A DNA stretch of 60,692 bases, filler included, from Sphacelaria rigidula (taxonomy: Eukaryota): NCBI GenBank assembly GCA_964200075.2. It is 5 parts of 5 records of this genome, joined end to end, with 100 filler letters (N's around TTAATTAATTAA, not from the genome) between each part and the next. Parts side by side here need not be neighbours in the genome. Positions count along the whole stretch, not along the records: positions 1 to 12,059 come from CAXNAA020004175.1; 4 more parts are not named here. The stretch is one strand, 5' to 3'. This document shows positions 1 through 12,159 of the stretch, piece by piece. Position 1 is the stretch's first letter, and every line of letters begins with the position of its first letter. The translations under genes were made by a program, and so were the position numbers. The notes below the pieces were generated by a model. The model searched no databases, was not told the DNA's origin, and saw only the letters and a list, made by a program, of their open reading frames with translations.

Positions 1-74
1 GATAATGAAGAGTGTCTGCCCGGGAGAGGGGGGGGGAGGGGGGAGGGGGGGGGGGGGGGGGGGGGGTCGACCGC

Positions 75-280
75 TGACAAACGAATCCTATGACATGACG
101 GTTTACACTCAAATCACGTTAAAACCCCGAACAGTGCTTCCTCCACACTTTCAGCGATGGTGCCCGATGACCTTTATGTCAGCCTGATCTTCCTCGATCG
201 CGGTGCTGAGTTTTCCGCGCATTTTATCGAGTCGGCGAGCTCACAGAGGTAAGCGAAGGCGTCATTTCCCCTGATACCAC
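75..280 (+). repeat. Diverged copy of the arm of the foldback element at 27003-27423
   Basis: ctttcagcgatggtgccc(g/a)atgac...cctcgatcgcg...gcgcattttatcga is shared with 27077-27160 and its inverted partner. Confidence 0.75.
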
Positions 281-543
281 CCCTCTACAAAATAAGCGCA
301 AATGAATTTTGGGGAAAAAACTCACTCGGCACCACTGCCGCGAGTGTGGAGAAAGCAATATGTTGCGCTCGACCCTCAATCTTCTGTGAAACACCATCTC
401 GTACAATGATCTGTCCATTGCTCATCTACCGTTATGCCAACGACATGCTTTGTTTCTAGGCTTCTACATATTATGCTAACACGGCTTTACTTACTAGCGA
501 CCCCACATTATTGTCAAGATAAACGAATTCTTCAAAAACCGTG

Positions 544-1815
544 CTAGCATAATAAGGAGAACCCTATTCGTTTCGATGTCGTCTGTACACTCCGCTCAAC
601 TCCGTCTTCGATGGCCATGGCCTGAGGCACGACCGTCCCGATCTGAAGAACGACTCTGAAGAGCTCCTCTGGCGTGACTAGATGGCCACGGCTCATCAGC
701 GAGAGAAGGATTTTGTGCTGTTCCAATGCTTCAGCACTGACGCTGCTGACACTCTTCTTCAACGCCGATGTTCTCCCTTCCTGCTTCGTGGGCTTCTTGC
801 TTGTGCGCGCGGGTTGGATGTACCTCAGTTTAGTCCTAGACGCGCCTTCCGCTGATTTGTCCCCCAATACTACGCCCTTGATCACCTCCGCCCACATTTC
901 GTCGCAATGGCGAGGTACATCCAGGATCTCGGCCTCTTCCTTTTCCGTCATTACGCGACCGTCTAGCGCCACGAGGTGCTCCTGGCTGTCTACACCAAAC
1001 GCTAGGGACTCCGGCAGGACTCGCATCGCTTGAACCACGGCCGGGTGTCGTTCTTTTCGCACCTGATCCGCGGTGTCGACCTGCTTTACTCCGGGGAAGA
1101 AGGCTTCCGCAATTTTTGCTGTAGCTTTCTCTCTCGTGCGCCAACGATAGCGGCCAGCTTTGACACAAAGCTCCTGGTGATTTTCTTCGTCGCCCCCTTG
1201 TAGCCCCGATTGGCAATCTCTTGGCGCTCGTCCAGCGCCACGCGAGAGTAGGAATCCCCGCCCAGTGACGTTGAAAATTGTTCGGACATGACCTCGCAGT
1301 CAGCGTCCGTCATCCGTGTTGCATTCCCGAGATGTTTGGCTATGGATGTCTGGTAGTGGTCCTTCCCGGTCGCGCAGAAAGAGGGCGCTGCGATGCGGAG
1401 GCAGGCGTTGCGAAGCTTCAGATTCCCGGTGCGCACACCTATCCTCACTCCTGAGTAGGCGGGGTAGTCGACTAGAAGAAACCGCGACCAAAACCTGAAA
1501 GTCTTGTGAACGCGCGATCGGCGGTCGATCCACTCTCGCACCTGATCGGCGCCACCCGTGCCTTCCTTGAAAGCAGGCTCCACCTCGTCTCGCATGGTCG
1601 CCGCGATAACGATCATGAAGGACTCGTACTGCACCGTGAGCTGGTGGTGGGCGCGTCGATAGTTGGTGCCTTCTGCAGCATTGGCGTCATCGCTGCCGAG
1701 CTCTTTCGCGACGAACTCCAGGCCGGCGCCCTAAGTACGTTTCAGCATGGCCTTGGCAAGATGGAACATAATATGGAAGTCCCCAGGCACAGGAGGAGTT
1801 TATCCACGAACTCTG
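544..1815 (-). pseudogene. Academ-like (DUF6589-type) DNA transposase fragment, disrupted
   Basis: Reading upstream of ORF 1086..1634 in frame gives VPGDFHIMFHLAKAMLKRT*GAGLEFVAKELG...GTNYRRAHHQLTVQYESF, then FRFWSRFL..DYPAY..VR..VRTGNLKLR...APSF..TGKDHY and VALDERQE..NR..K. I associate these motifs with Academ-type transposases from memory. In-frame TAG near 1732 and a frame break near 1086. Confidence 0.55.
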
Positions 1816-2089
1816 CAGTATTCGAAAAAAAAATGTACTGCGTAATAAAGTTCAAGTCAATTGCAACTATTATCGATTTACAAAAGCCTACTCTTTTTTT
1901 GTTTATTGCAACATTGATCGTAGTATCTTGTCCGACAATAGTTGCTTCAGGCTCATACTTTACATAGTACATTTTTGTCAACGGCGGTAAGTATACTGTA
2001 TTGACCATCTCATCTATATTTGTCGAGGTTGTGCCGATTCGACAGATTGGCTACCCCAGTGTTGCGCGGATATGTGCAGGTAGGAAAAA

Positions 2090-2300
2090 ACAACAACATT
2101 TTTTCGGAACAAAATCTGACCTTTCGTCTTACCAGCACACGCTGCTGCAAGGCCCCACGACAGATTCAGCGATATGAGGTAGTTTTCTGTGGTTATGATG
2201 ACATGTGGGCGACGTTTCAGCGACTCGCATCACCCACAGCGCGCGTATTGCCGTGTTTCCCGAATTGAGTACCTCTATAGGCAATACGCATCAGCGTTTC
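2090..2300 (+). repeat. Dispersed degenerate repeat, homologous to 9165-9370 in inverted orientation; probably a transposase remnant
   Basis: gctgctgcaag...cagattcagcgat...atgacatgtgggcga.gtttcagcg...cccgaa.tgagtacctcta matches the reverse complement of 9175-9320. Confidence 0.65.
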
Positions 2301-3067
2301 GCACTGATTATCATTACCCAGCCGGTGTTCCGATTCAGGTCAATATTTGTTTCTCAGCGCAGCGGCGCCCCACGTGCAAATGGCGTCGAAGTAAGTGGAC
2401 GAGTAATTTCACATATGTGTTTGCTGGCGGTGCACGCGTTTCTGGGCAGCAGAGCGGTCGACTAGAGTGCGTTTTACCTGATTTGCCGAATTCTGGAATT
2501 CGCGTCCTTCCAGGTGCCCCCCGCACCGCAAGCGTCGGCACCCGGGAAACATGCTACTTGTGATGTGCCCGAGTAGTGCTCCAAGTTTCACTTACTGACT
2601 CGCACTCGATGTGAAGAAATCCACTTTCAAACATAAGGACAGAATGCGGGAAAAGACACTGGTCAACCGTGGCAACATACATGAGTTGGGGTTGCGCCGC
2701 ATATCCCACGTTCGGCAACGTCCTTGCAGCATATGTGCTTTCCTGGGCAACACGGCACAGCTCGAGAAATTTGCACAAGAGAACATGATAGCGTGACTGG
2801 AAAGGTTCTACACACGGCCCTTTAACGCGGCACGGTTGTAGTGGTATCCGCAGAATCGTTCGGTGCAAACAGAGTGTGCAGGTGGAAATCTGGAGCAACA
2901 CTGAGTGTGGGTTTGTCCAGGGGGCAACGCGGTGAAAATTTTCGGACACGTAGCCACCCCCCCCCCGAGGGCATTTTTCCTAAAATTGTCATCATTTTCT
3001 TCATTATATTTTGTCAACTTTGTTGCAAAAAAGTCAATCAAGACTGTTTTGAGTTTTTTCTCTTCAT

Positions 3068-3347
3068 TTTGTTGCAAGAAATTGATCAATAAACGCTGAA
3101 AATCCCGAAAAGTCTGGTGGGCTTTGCAGGGATTGTATATCTGCTCCTGCTCCTTGCTCCTTCTGTTCCGATGACGTCAGACGCCGGAGGGCTTTTTTTC
3201 GAAAAATCTCCTAATTGTTTTCTCCGTTAATTTTGTTGCAAGCAATTTATCAATAAACACTGACAAAAACCGAAAAGTCTGATGGGCTGTGCGGGGTTCA
3301 TATACTTGCTTCTGCTCCTTACCCGTCCTGTCCCGATGGCATCGAGT
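3068..3347 (+). repeat. Diverged direct duplication, period about 163 bp
   Basis: ttttgttgcaag.aatt.atcaataaac.ctga...cgaaaagtctg.tgggct.tgc.ggg starts at both 3068 and 3231. Confidence 0.8.
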
Positions 3348-4372
3348 CTCCATGCCAAGGATCTCTGTCCACGGCAGTTGACCGCATCCGCCAACGCTTC
3401 GGCAATAAACCAGGGGACGGACTGCTGGGTGCCCCCCCCCCCCATCAAAAAGTCAAATTTTTTGCCTTGGGGCCTACGTGTCCAGATTGTTTTTACGCTG
3501 CCCCCCGGTGTGTCTAGGGATATTTTGTCGACTGACACGAGGTTCACGACTGCACGACTTTGTTTTACAGTACATGTTTCGCAAGCTCGCCGGTGCTTAC
3601 GGCTCCCCCATTGGACCCGGGCCTTCGATTGTAATATGAAAGCGCCTCGAAGAATTAGAAAAGAAAATTGTATGTCGGGATATGTTGCAAGTCACGATCG
3701 CTGGCCCCGGTGTGACCAACGCCCACCGCCAGGTGCTGCGGTCTCTCAAGTCATACAACTTATCCTCGAAGAAGACTTACACGAATGCTGCAACTTATGT
3801 GTGGGAGATGAATTTGAGCAAACAGCATTGCCCCCTCTACAATATTAAGACACACAGATATTTGCGAAGATGGCGTGTCCTGGCATATACGCGGAAGGGG
3901 GGGAATTCTTTTGGCAGGCTACGCCGCACACCCTAATGTGCGTCGAACATTCCAGTCCGGCCTCTGCCGGAGCATGGAGGCGCGCTCCCATCACGCCAGC
4001 GGTGGTTCGAAAGGGGATTTGCCGGTGAAAATATTTGTTGTTTTTCCCGTTTGTAAGCACCATGATTGAAGACAATATACCCCACAGAGCGCTTCCTGAA
4101 GAAGTCAACACTATGTGCTGCCTTCATTGTCGTCAGTAAGGACCTGACTATCCAACTTATCTCCACATGGGCCTCGAACCGTAGCCACGACAAAAACAGC
4201 TTCGACCTGCATTCTAAGTGGCGGCGCCAGGACGGACTCCGCTCCGGCGCCGATCGATAGCGGGCTATTGCGTGCGCCTACAACCGCCGGTATTGATGTT
4301 TGCATGTTGGTGGCCAAAGATGGCGAAACAGGACGAGGAAAGATACGTGAAAAGTTTTTGTGTAGTGTATGG

Positions 4373-4510
4373 AAAAAACGTAATGAGCACCTCTATGTTG
4401 GAGGTGTCTCTATTAGGAGTAGGAACGGTGCTTCGTCTCGAAAGGGATGCGTGGTTATTGGTCAAACGACTAAGGCAAGTAACAAATGAGCACGCCCCCT
4501 CCCCTCCCCC
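4373..4510 (+). repeat. Dispersed repeat (probable retroposon 3' end) ending in a C-tract; copies at 48670-48803 (+) and 55770-55844 (-)
   Basis: Near-identical atgttggaggtgt.tctattaggagtaggaacggtgct.cgtctcgaaagggatgcgtggt...aaatgag.ac-polyC at two loci, with a partial inverted third copy. Confidence 0.85.
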
Positions 4511-4963
4511 GAGGTGGTTTGAGTTGTTATGTGGCGCTTTTCCTGCTATGCCTAGTATATTCGTACACATAGCTGCCCCTCTAGAGGTACAAGGATAGAA
4601 CCCTGCGACTCTTATCGCTTTGGCTGGTGATCGTGGTTCTCAAGTTTGACTCCCTTCCTGTTTGGCTTTTCGTGTTGAGAGGACCAATGAGCCCTGCCTC
4701 CAGTAGCCCGAATGATAGCACACGGCATCGGAACTCGGGGGGGCTAGCAGTATTTTTTTTTCCTTCTTGGTTTTCTTCTTCTTTTTTGTATTCGTTTTTG
4801 TTTTCTGTTGTAGTGCGTCTGTGTGAATGTTTCTGCGTCCGATGTTATGTTTGTCTTTCTATTAGCCTATATTGGGGTAGTTAGCCTGCGAGCACGGAAG
4901 GCGTCCGCATCAGATGCACAGTACAGAGCACTACGCAGATATCGGAACAGTTTTGAATGTGAA

Positions 4964-4999
<36 letters not shown>
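4964..4999 (+). repeat. (GAC)n microsatellite
   Basis: Direct inspection. Confidence 0.95.
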
Positions 5000-5029
5000 A
5001 AAAACAACAAAAATAACAACAAACACCAA

Positions 5030-6139
5030 GTATTGAGGCCGTACCCAATCTACCCAAAAATTGAGTCAACACTCGGGCATTTTACCCGACTATTCGAAAG
5101 TACGTACTCTACTTGACCTGCGCTTGCACTGTTTCCGCCGCTGGGTCGCCCATGGAGGAGTCAGATGTGCGGTCCGTAGAATCGCTCATTTTGACAATAC
5201 CTACCTGACTACCCGTATACTCGGTTACCCAATAATGATGAGTAGCGCTTTGTACTGAAATTGAATGTCGAAGAGGTTGCGAGGTATGGAGTATGTACTG
5301 CCGTTGGTGGTGGTGGGTGAGCTGAGGCTAGGTAGGATCATTCACCTGCACACTTTTTTTGGTTTTTTATGGCCACCATTCCGTCATACTCATAGCAGCA
5401 CATGACGCAACGTCATTCATCTCATTGATGGCCATCCCTCGCCAATATATTCAACAAAGTCCGCGAAGTGACGTCGCGAAGTCGCCGACGGTCACGGTTA
5501 CTCATCATACCCAAGTGATACTCTATGCCTGAGTATTACTGAGAGTGCTCACCCAATGCTTGAGAAGAGTATTCGAGATCGTACTCAATCTACCATACCC
5601 TGGACAACAGAATACACGATTGAAAAATGTACTGCGTACCGTATGGAATATATTGTCTATTGCAATAGACAATATATTCCATACGGTACGCAGTATACAT
5701 TGTCTATTGCAATAGACAATGTATTCCATACGTTACGCAGTACATTTTTCAATCGTGTATTATGTTGTCCAGGGTGTGCAATCTACCCGAAATATGAGTC
5801 AAGTATTTGACATCGTACTCAATCTACCCATAATTTGAGTAGAGTATGTGATGTCATACTCGATCTCCCCAAAATTTGAGTAGAGTATTGAGGTCATACC
5901 GAAGTGATACTCTATACTCAAGTATTACTGAGAGTGCTTAATCAATATTTGAGTCGAGTATTTGAGGTCGTACTCGATCTACCGAAATTTTCAGCAGAGT
6001 ATTTGAGTCCGTACCCAATCTCAAAATCTGAGTAGAGTATCTGACGCCGTACTCAATCTACTCAGAACTAGAGTAGAGTAAATACTCGGGTATTTCACCC
6101 GAGTATTCAAAAGTAGTCACTCGACTGGACCTGCCCTTG
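5030..6139 (-). mobile_element. Degenerate copy or copies of the satellite-bearing hAT-type element at 9934-11548, inverted
   Basis: The end gacctgcccttg (6128-6139) is the reverse complement of the CAAGGG.AG.TC terminus. It has the same gagtagagtat/tactcaatctac units, and 5350-5560 is the reverse complement of 10520-10730. A second terminus fragment ends near 5127. Confidence 0.75.
5594..5778. mobile_element. Palindromic MITE with an 8-bp target-site duplication (hAT-type), nested in the preceding element
   Basis: TIR CA(T/C)ACCCTGGACAACA..., flanked on both sides by CAATCTAC (5586-5593 and 5779-5786). A related terminus lies at about 13460-13506. Confidence 0.85.
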
Positions 6140-6385
6140 GAAACTTGATCAAGGGCTCAAAGTTTCCAGCTCAAATCCAGGAGGCGTACCTGCAGGTGCA
6201 TCTTCATTCCCAGGCGTATAGGTGGAAGATAGGATATGTGCCAGAGGGCCAGAAGTAAGATACGGTGCGCAAAACCAGGATATCTGCAAGGGTGCGAATA
6301 AAGATGTGACGTTGACATCGGGGGTGCGATCCACGCGTTGCTCGTTCCCGTGATGAAGTCCGGCAGACTTCAACAGATGTAGGCA

Positions 6386-7000
6386 TCAAAACCAGCGCGG
6401 CACGGTACGGGCTAGTGGTAGAGTTAGAGACAGACCATCGCTTGCGTTGTGCCGACTTACGGTCGTCGCTGAAACGTACGGCATAGGTACTGTCATCGGA
6501 AGGATGGACAAAATGAACCCGATCAAGCCAGCAGAGGTTGTGACTATTACACCCTTGAAGTACAGATAGGCCCCTTTAGGGAGACGGGTGTCCGTAAATG
6601 TTTTCTTCTGTGCGGCGTTACGCACAAGCCGGTGCCCAGAGTCAATGAAGCATAGTCCCTTAACGCGGTGCGGTATGCGAGCCGCTGCGCAACAAAGCAT
6701 GTGAATGGATTTTTTAATGCGCAAGAGATGTTGAGGCCTCATGCGGTACGAGAGGATTGCACGGCGACGCAGGTGGAGGTCGGGCTGCGGTTTCCAGGAT
6801 CCTCGACGAAGGCCTTGCCGATGAGTCTCGTGCGTGACGGCGACCTTGCCGCCGCGACCACGGACACGACGATGGCCCGGAATTTTAGACGCTTCCAGAC
6901 GCCGTACTTGACTCAGAAACGTCATCAGTAGTCACGTGGGAGGGTGGTGACTTCGTAGAGTAGCTGTTGAGCACATGATGGGAGTGCTGCTGCGATACGG
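6386..7000 (-). pseudogene. Degenerate 3' integrase/chromodomain fragment of the same Gypsy family as 38230-46173
   Basis: HVLNSYSTKSPPSHVTTDDV and GHRRVRGRGGKVAVTHETHRQGLRRGSWKPQPDLHLRRRAILSY...RLPKGAYLYFKG align with YVLNSYSTKPPPYHITTDDV and GHQITRGRGGKIAVMYKTHWHGLRRASWERESDLQLHRRAILLY...LLPKGSYLWFEG. Confidence 0.85.
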
Positions 7001-8597
7001 GTGCACAACTATTTTCTGAGGTTTGTAGCCTCTGCCAGACGATCTGGACAAGAGGACTTTCAACGAGGGACTCCTCCACTATCACTGGCCTCGTGCTCGA
7101 CAAGTCCTTTCTTCTAACTTGTTATTATCACGGAGTGACCCTCAACAGATCACGAGCTAGATAGCAAGGGGCCACACAGATAAGGGCCATCAATCCAGGT
7201 TCCCCTGTCCCCTGCCACTGCTCCAATCATGCATGCGGTTACACTGAAACCCACGACTTGGTATCATTTGGCTACAGCACCCTCAAAGCGAGTTCAAGAC
7301 AAACGAACGAGCTTGACAACCAACAAAAACCAAGGCGAAATCGCATGCGCCAGATCACAAAAAAACATCATTTTGGGCCCTTGGGGCTGAAAAGGCTTCT
7401 ACTGATCTTCAATTCAAAAGGTGTCCTATCCGTCCGGACCTCATGACGAAGCTCTGAAAACACGCACTTTCCCCCCCGATTTGATTCGAAGCCGCGCTGC
7501 GCGAAAAAACCATTCCATCGCTCTTCAAACATCAATCGAGACGCCCTCAACAAGTTTCAGCTTCATTGGTGCTCATGGCGTTGTGTTTCGCTTCTGTCTC
7601 TGGGCGCACTCGAGAACATCCCCAATTCGATCTCTTTCGAGCAGAGCGAGTCTTGATTGAACTTGTCAGACTTGACTGTCACAACTTCAATCGAGGCACT
7701 TTTTGAGGTTGGAGGCATCACACGCAGCAGCCGACTCTCCGAATCACTTTGAACACCCTCAAGAAGGTTCAGCTTCATTGCTGCTTTCTTCGTTGTCTTC
7801 GCGTGTGCGTGCCGACGCCGTCCGTGGCTGAGGTGGGGGAGTGTTGAAGTATGTGATCGAGCTATCGGCCATCGGACACGCGATTGATCTGAACTAATCT
7901 CGGTTTCCATGTCGACAAACGGCGAGCGCACAGGTTCCCCTCATCGAATAGTACGAGGGCGGTAGAGACGTTCACTCCTCGCTACCAACCCTACTACGAG
8001 CGGACTCAAATCGGGTTGTCACGTCGTGAAGTTTTGCCCGGAGAGCGGATAGGTCAGGTAACAAGGATAACACGACCAGAAACTCAGCCTAAGGAGAAGC
8101 GACAAGAGGGTGAGCGCGGCTGTAGTCAAATCCGCAAGGAGTTCGTATCTACTGTTGTCATCGCTGTTTGTGTTGGCCTCTCTCCTGTCTTTCCTGTCTC
8201 GCCTCTCCTCAGTCTACAGCCAAGAGTTCGTGTGTGTGCTGAGGGTGCCTTCCCTGTAGTGCATATTTGATGTCGGCAACCCAAGGCGAGGCGTGTGGGG
8301 TCTGCTGTTGTTGCTGCTACTGAATGTCCTACTGTGTATTGCTATCTCTCCCTTCCTGCCTCTCTCCTGGCTTCGCTCTTCTAAGCCTACAGCCAAGTGT
8401 GTGTATTGTATGATGAGTATGCTCTCCCACTGTACTGTGTGTGTCCATTACCAACACCAAGGAGAAGCCTGAGGTGCTTCGTTGAGAATAGTGAACGATA
8501 GTGTACTGTACTGTCTTTACTGTACTGCACTGTCAGCAGGTTCCAAGGGTCAGACGAAGTGATGATTCGTGTGGAAATTACTTCATTTTAGTGTGAT

Positions 8598-8755
8598 TGA
8601 TTCGTACCGCACGAATCAATCCTTAGGCTTTGTTTTCAGCGTTGCAAGCCAGGTACGCGCAGCCCAGGCACGTCGAATGGCGCAAAAGTTACGTGGAGAC
8701 CTGTTTGACCAGCAGTCGACTTATTTTTCTCTTTCGAGCAATCAGGCCTGAGAAA
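8598..8755 (+). repeat. Dispersed repeat, second copy at 52746-52903
   Basis: Shared tgattcgtaccgcacgaat...ggctttgt...cagcgttgca..ccagg..cgcg.agcccaggca...gcgcaaaa...ttcgagca.tcagg. Confidence 0.8.
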
Positions 8756-9933
8756 TCTAGGCCTGAGTCCTTCGTGCCGGAATAATTTCTAACATAATTC
8801 GTCCTTTTTGCCCGAACTAGCATACGAGCATAATGCCAGCATAATCAGGGCTGAGCTTGCATAACCCCCCGTTCAGCGACAGAATCCGGTAGCGTAAAAA
8901 CCGTTGCCGGCTATTTTCATTGTAGAGCATGACCTCTACAACCTAACACTATACATACAGCGTACAGTACAGTGTATTAAGTGTACAGCATATAGCCACG
9001 AGAGAGGGGACAGAGAGACAGAGGACACAGAGGTACAGAGGTACCAGGTATGGCACAGGCGCCAGCCAGCGATGATGCACCTGGTTTTGAGCGGCTGATT
9101 GGCTTGCAAAGTGCCTCGACCCGTGCTACCATACCCTGTGGAGAATGAACATTTGAAGAAATCTCGCACACACATCGCCTGTAGAGGTACTCAGTTCGGG
9201 AGATATCACCGTACGTGCGCTGTCGGTGCTGCATCGCGCTGAAACTTCGCCCACATGTCATGTGAAGTACACAAAACAAGCCCACATCGCTGAATCTGGG
9301 CTTCGGGCTTGCAGCAGCACGCAACGGGCCGAAAAGATATCAATTCCTGTTCCGATAATGTGTTTTCTATTTCGGCGTAAGACTGTGATACAATGACAAC
9401 CAAATGCACTACGAACGCACGGCACACGGCGTGCACTGCGTCGCGGATACGCGACACTGATGTCTGCGAAGCATATTCGATGCATATATCTGCTTGGTGG
9501 CCAGCATGAAAGGAGCATAACATCGTTCCATGTGAGGTGACATAAAATAATAATGGAGCATAATTGCAGCATAATTCACCTTTTTTGGAGCATAGTCTGA
9601 AAAAAACGGGCATGCATGAGGTGGTATAATAGGCGAAAAGAGGAGCATACAGGACTCAGACCTTAAGAAATCGTGGATTTTGTTATTCGAACCGGCAGTG
9701 CTTCGTCCGAACTTATCTAAACTATCATGACAGCCAAGTGACAGCTGTTTCTTTCGTTTCCCCGTCGACCGGAACAATAATGTAAATCCGGTTATGCATA
9801 ATCGGATTCGTACTTGACTGCAATCCGGCTGGCTAAAAGTTGCATACTGTAAAGATTCGTCCCGATCCACAACCCTCAGATCCCGCTACCCTCTGATCCT
9901 CCACTATGTTTCTCTTGTGAAAATAGAATATTT

Positions 9934-11548
9934 CAAGGGTAGATCGAGTAGAGTATGTACTTTAAAGTACTCGAGTAAAATACTCAAGTATTTACTCGAC
10001 GTTTGGGTAGGTCAAGTACGGCCTCAAATACTCTACTCAAAATTTGAGTAGGTCGAGTATGGCCCCAAATACTGTACTCAAATTTTGAGTAGGTCGAGTA
10101 TGGCCCCAAATACTCTACTCAAATTTTGAGTAGGTCGAGTATGGCTCCAATTACTCTATTCAAATTTTGAGTAAGTCGAGTATGGCCCCAAATACTCTAC
10201 TCAAATATTGAGTAAGCACTCTCAGTAATACTTGAGTATAGAGTATCACTTGAGTATAAGCTCAATTCTCTACTCAAATGTCGAGTAGGTCGAGTACGGC
10301 CTCACATACGCTACTCAATTTTTGAGAAGGTCGAGTACGACCCCAAATACTTTACTCACATTTCGAGTAAGCACTCTCAGTAATACTTGAGCATAGAATA
10401 TCATTTGAGTATGACCTCAAACACTCTACTCAAATTTTGAGGAGGTTGAGTATGGTCTCACATACTCTGCTCAAATTTTGAGTGGATCGAGTAGGACCTC
10501 AAATACTCTACTCAAATTTCGAGTAAGCACTCTCAATAATACTTGAGTATAGAGTACCCCTTAGGTATGGTGAGTATGCCTGACAGTCGGCGAGGTCGTG
10601 ACTTCACTTCACAGACTTTGTTGGAAACATGGGCGAACGGTGGCCATCAGCTAGATGGGCGGCGTTACATCACAGCCAACAAGGAGTATGAGCGAATGAT
10701 GGCTATGAAATAAAGAAAACGTGTAGGGCCCTTCGACAATGCCACAACATCCATTCTACCCAAGTTTTGTACCATTTGGTTTTGATCCGAATGTTTGCTG
10801 AAGTTTGACCTTGAAACAACACTTATCATGGATGGGCAACTCTAAGGATACCTCAGTATTTCCTCTACCCGAGTTTGAGTATCTTGCGTACGAACTTGAA
10901 TATTGAAGTTTAACTTATAGGTTTTGGGTGCATCGGATCCGGCCTCGAATACTCTACTCAGATTTTGAGTAGGTCGAGTACGGCCTCCAGTACTCTACTC
11001 AAGTTTTGAGTACGTTGAGTACAGCCTCAAATACTCTACTCAAAGTTTGAGTACGTTGAGTACAGCCTCACATAATCTACTCAAAGTTTGAGTACGTTGA
11101 GTACGGCCTCCAATACTGTACTCAAGTTTTGAGTAGGTCGAGTACGACCTCCGATACTCTACTCAAATATTGAGTAAGCACTCTCAGTAACACTTGAGTA
11201 TAGAGTTTCACTTGAATATGGCCTCAATACTCTACTCAAATTTTGAGTGCGTTGAGTACGGCCTCAAATACTCTCCTCAATTTTTCAGTAGATCTAGTAC
11301 GACCTCAAATACCCTACTCAAATATCGAGTAAGCACTGTCAGTAATATCTGAGTACAGAGTATGACTTGAGTATGACCTCAATACTCTACTCAAATTTCG
11401 AGTAGACTGAGTATGACCTCAAATACTCTACTCAAATAATTGAGTAGGTTGAGTACGACCTCAAATGCTCTACTCAAACTTCGAGTACTAAGAGTATGAC
11501 TCTTCAAAAATACTGAGTACTGAGTATACTCTGCTCGACCTACCCTTG
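9934..11548. mobile_element. Non-autonomous hAT-type DNA transposon filled with a ~41-bp palindromic tandem repeat
   Basis: 23-bp TIR CAAGGGTAG(A/G)TCGAG(T/C)AGAGTAT; 8-bp TSD GAATATTT (9926-9933 and 11549-11556). Two arrays of tactctactcaaattttgagtaggtcgagtatggccccaaa flank a unique core at about 10570-10930. No ORF. Confidence 0.85.
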
Positions 11549-12059
11549 GAATATTTATACTTTTCGAAGTAATAAATTTCCGCGATGGCAGGCAGATATG
11601 CAAAGCACGGCGTAGATGCGAAAAGATATGCACTAACTATGGAAAAGGTCTGCACCTCTCCACGTCCGGAGCACTTTCCCATCCTGGTGCTAGAAGCACA
11701 CCGCAAGCAAATATGACAAACGATGCAATCCACTCTCAGGGTCGACAACTCAAATAGTACGTTCTCCATTTTACTGTACCATCCCTCACTTCCTCTCTTT
11801 TACTTTCTTCCCCTAGGTCCTTCCCTTGTGCAGCGTTCCGTTTCCTGAAACGCTGGGGCTACTTTAGACAAATGGTTTTCGAATCCGTTCTTAGACCCTA
11901 CTGTATGCAGATAGCACAGACAGTACTGTCCTGCCGGTGTTGCTCATTGGTGAGCTCCTATTTACATCCTACTATATGCAGACAGCATAGAACAGCAAAT
12001 TGTGAGAATTGAGGTTTAACTCTGAATTGAGGCTCAAGTGGGCAACCCAACTTGCGAAC

Positions 12060-12159
12060 NNNNNNNNNNNNNNNNNNNNNNNNNNNNNNNNNNNNNNNNN
12101 NNNTTAATTAATTAANNNNNNNNNNNNNNNNNNNNNNNNNNNNNNNNNNNNNNNNNNNN
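12060..12159. other. Assembly gap with TTAATTAATTAA linker (also at about 24219-24318, 36377-36476 and 48535-48634; short N run at 59518-59527)
   Basis: Same N-linker-N structure at four sites. Confidence 0.97.

Noticed and set aside
9990..11490. CRISPR-like array of palindromic repeats
   Set aside because: Units are contiguous with no unique spacers, lie inside TIRs and a TSD, and there are no cas genes; the context is eukaryotic.
12104..12115. TTAATTAATTAA motif repeated four times in the window
   Set aside because: Always embedded in N runs; it is an artificial scaffolding linker with stops in all frames.
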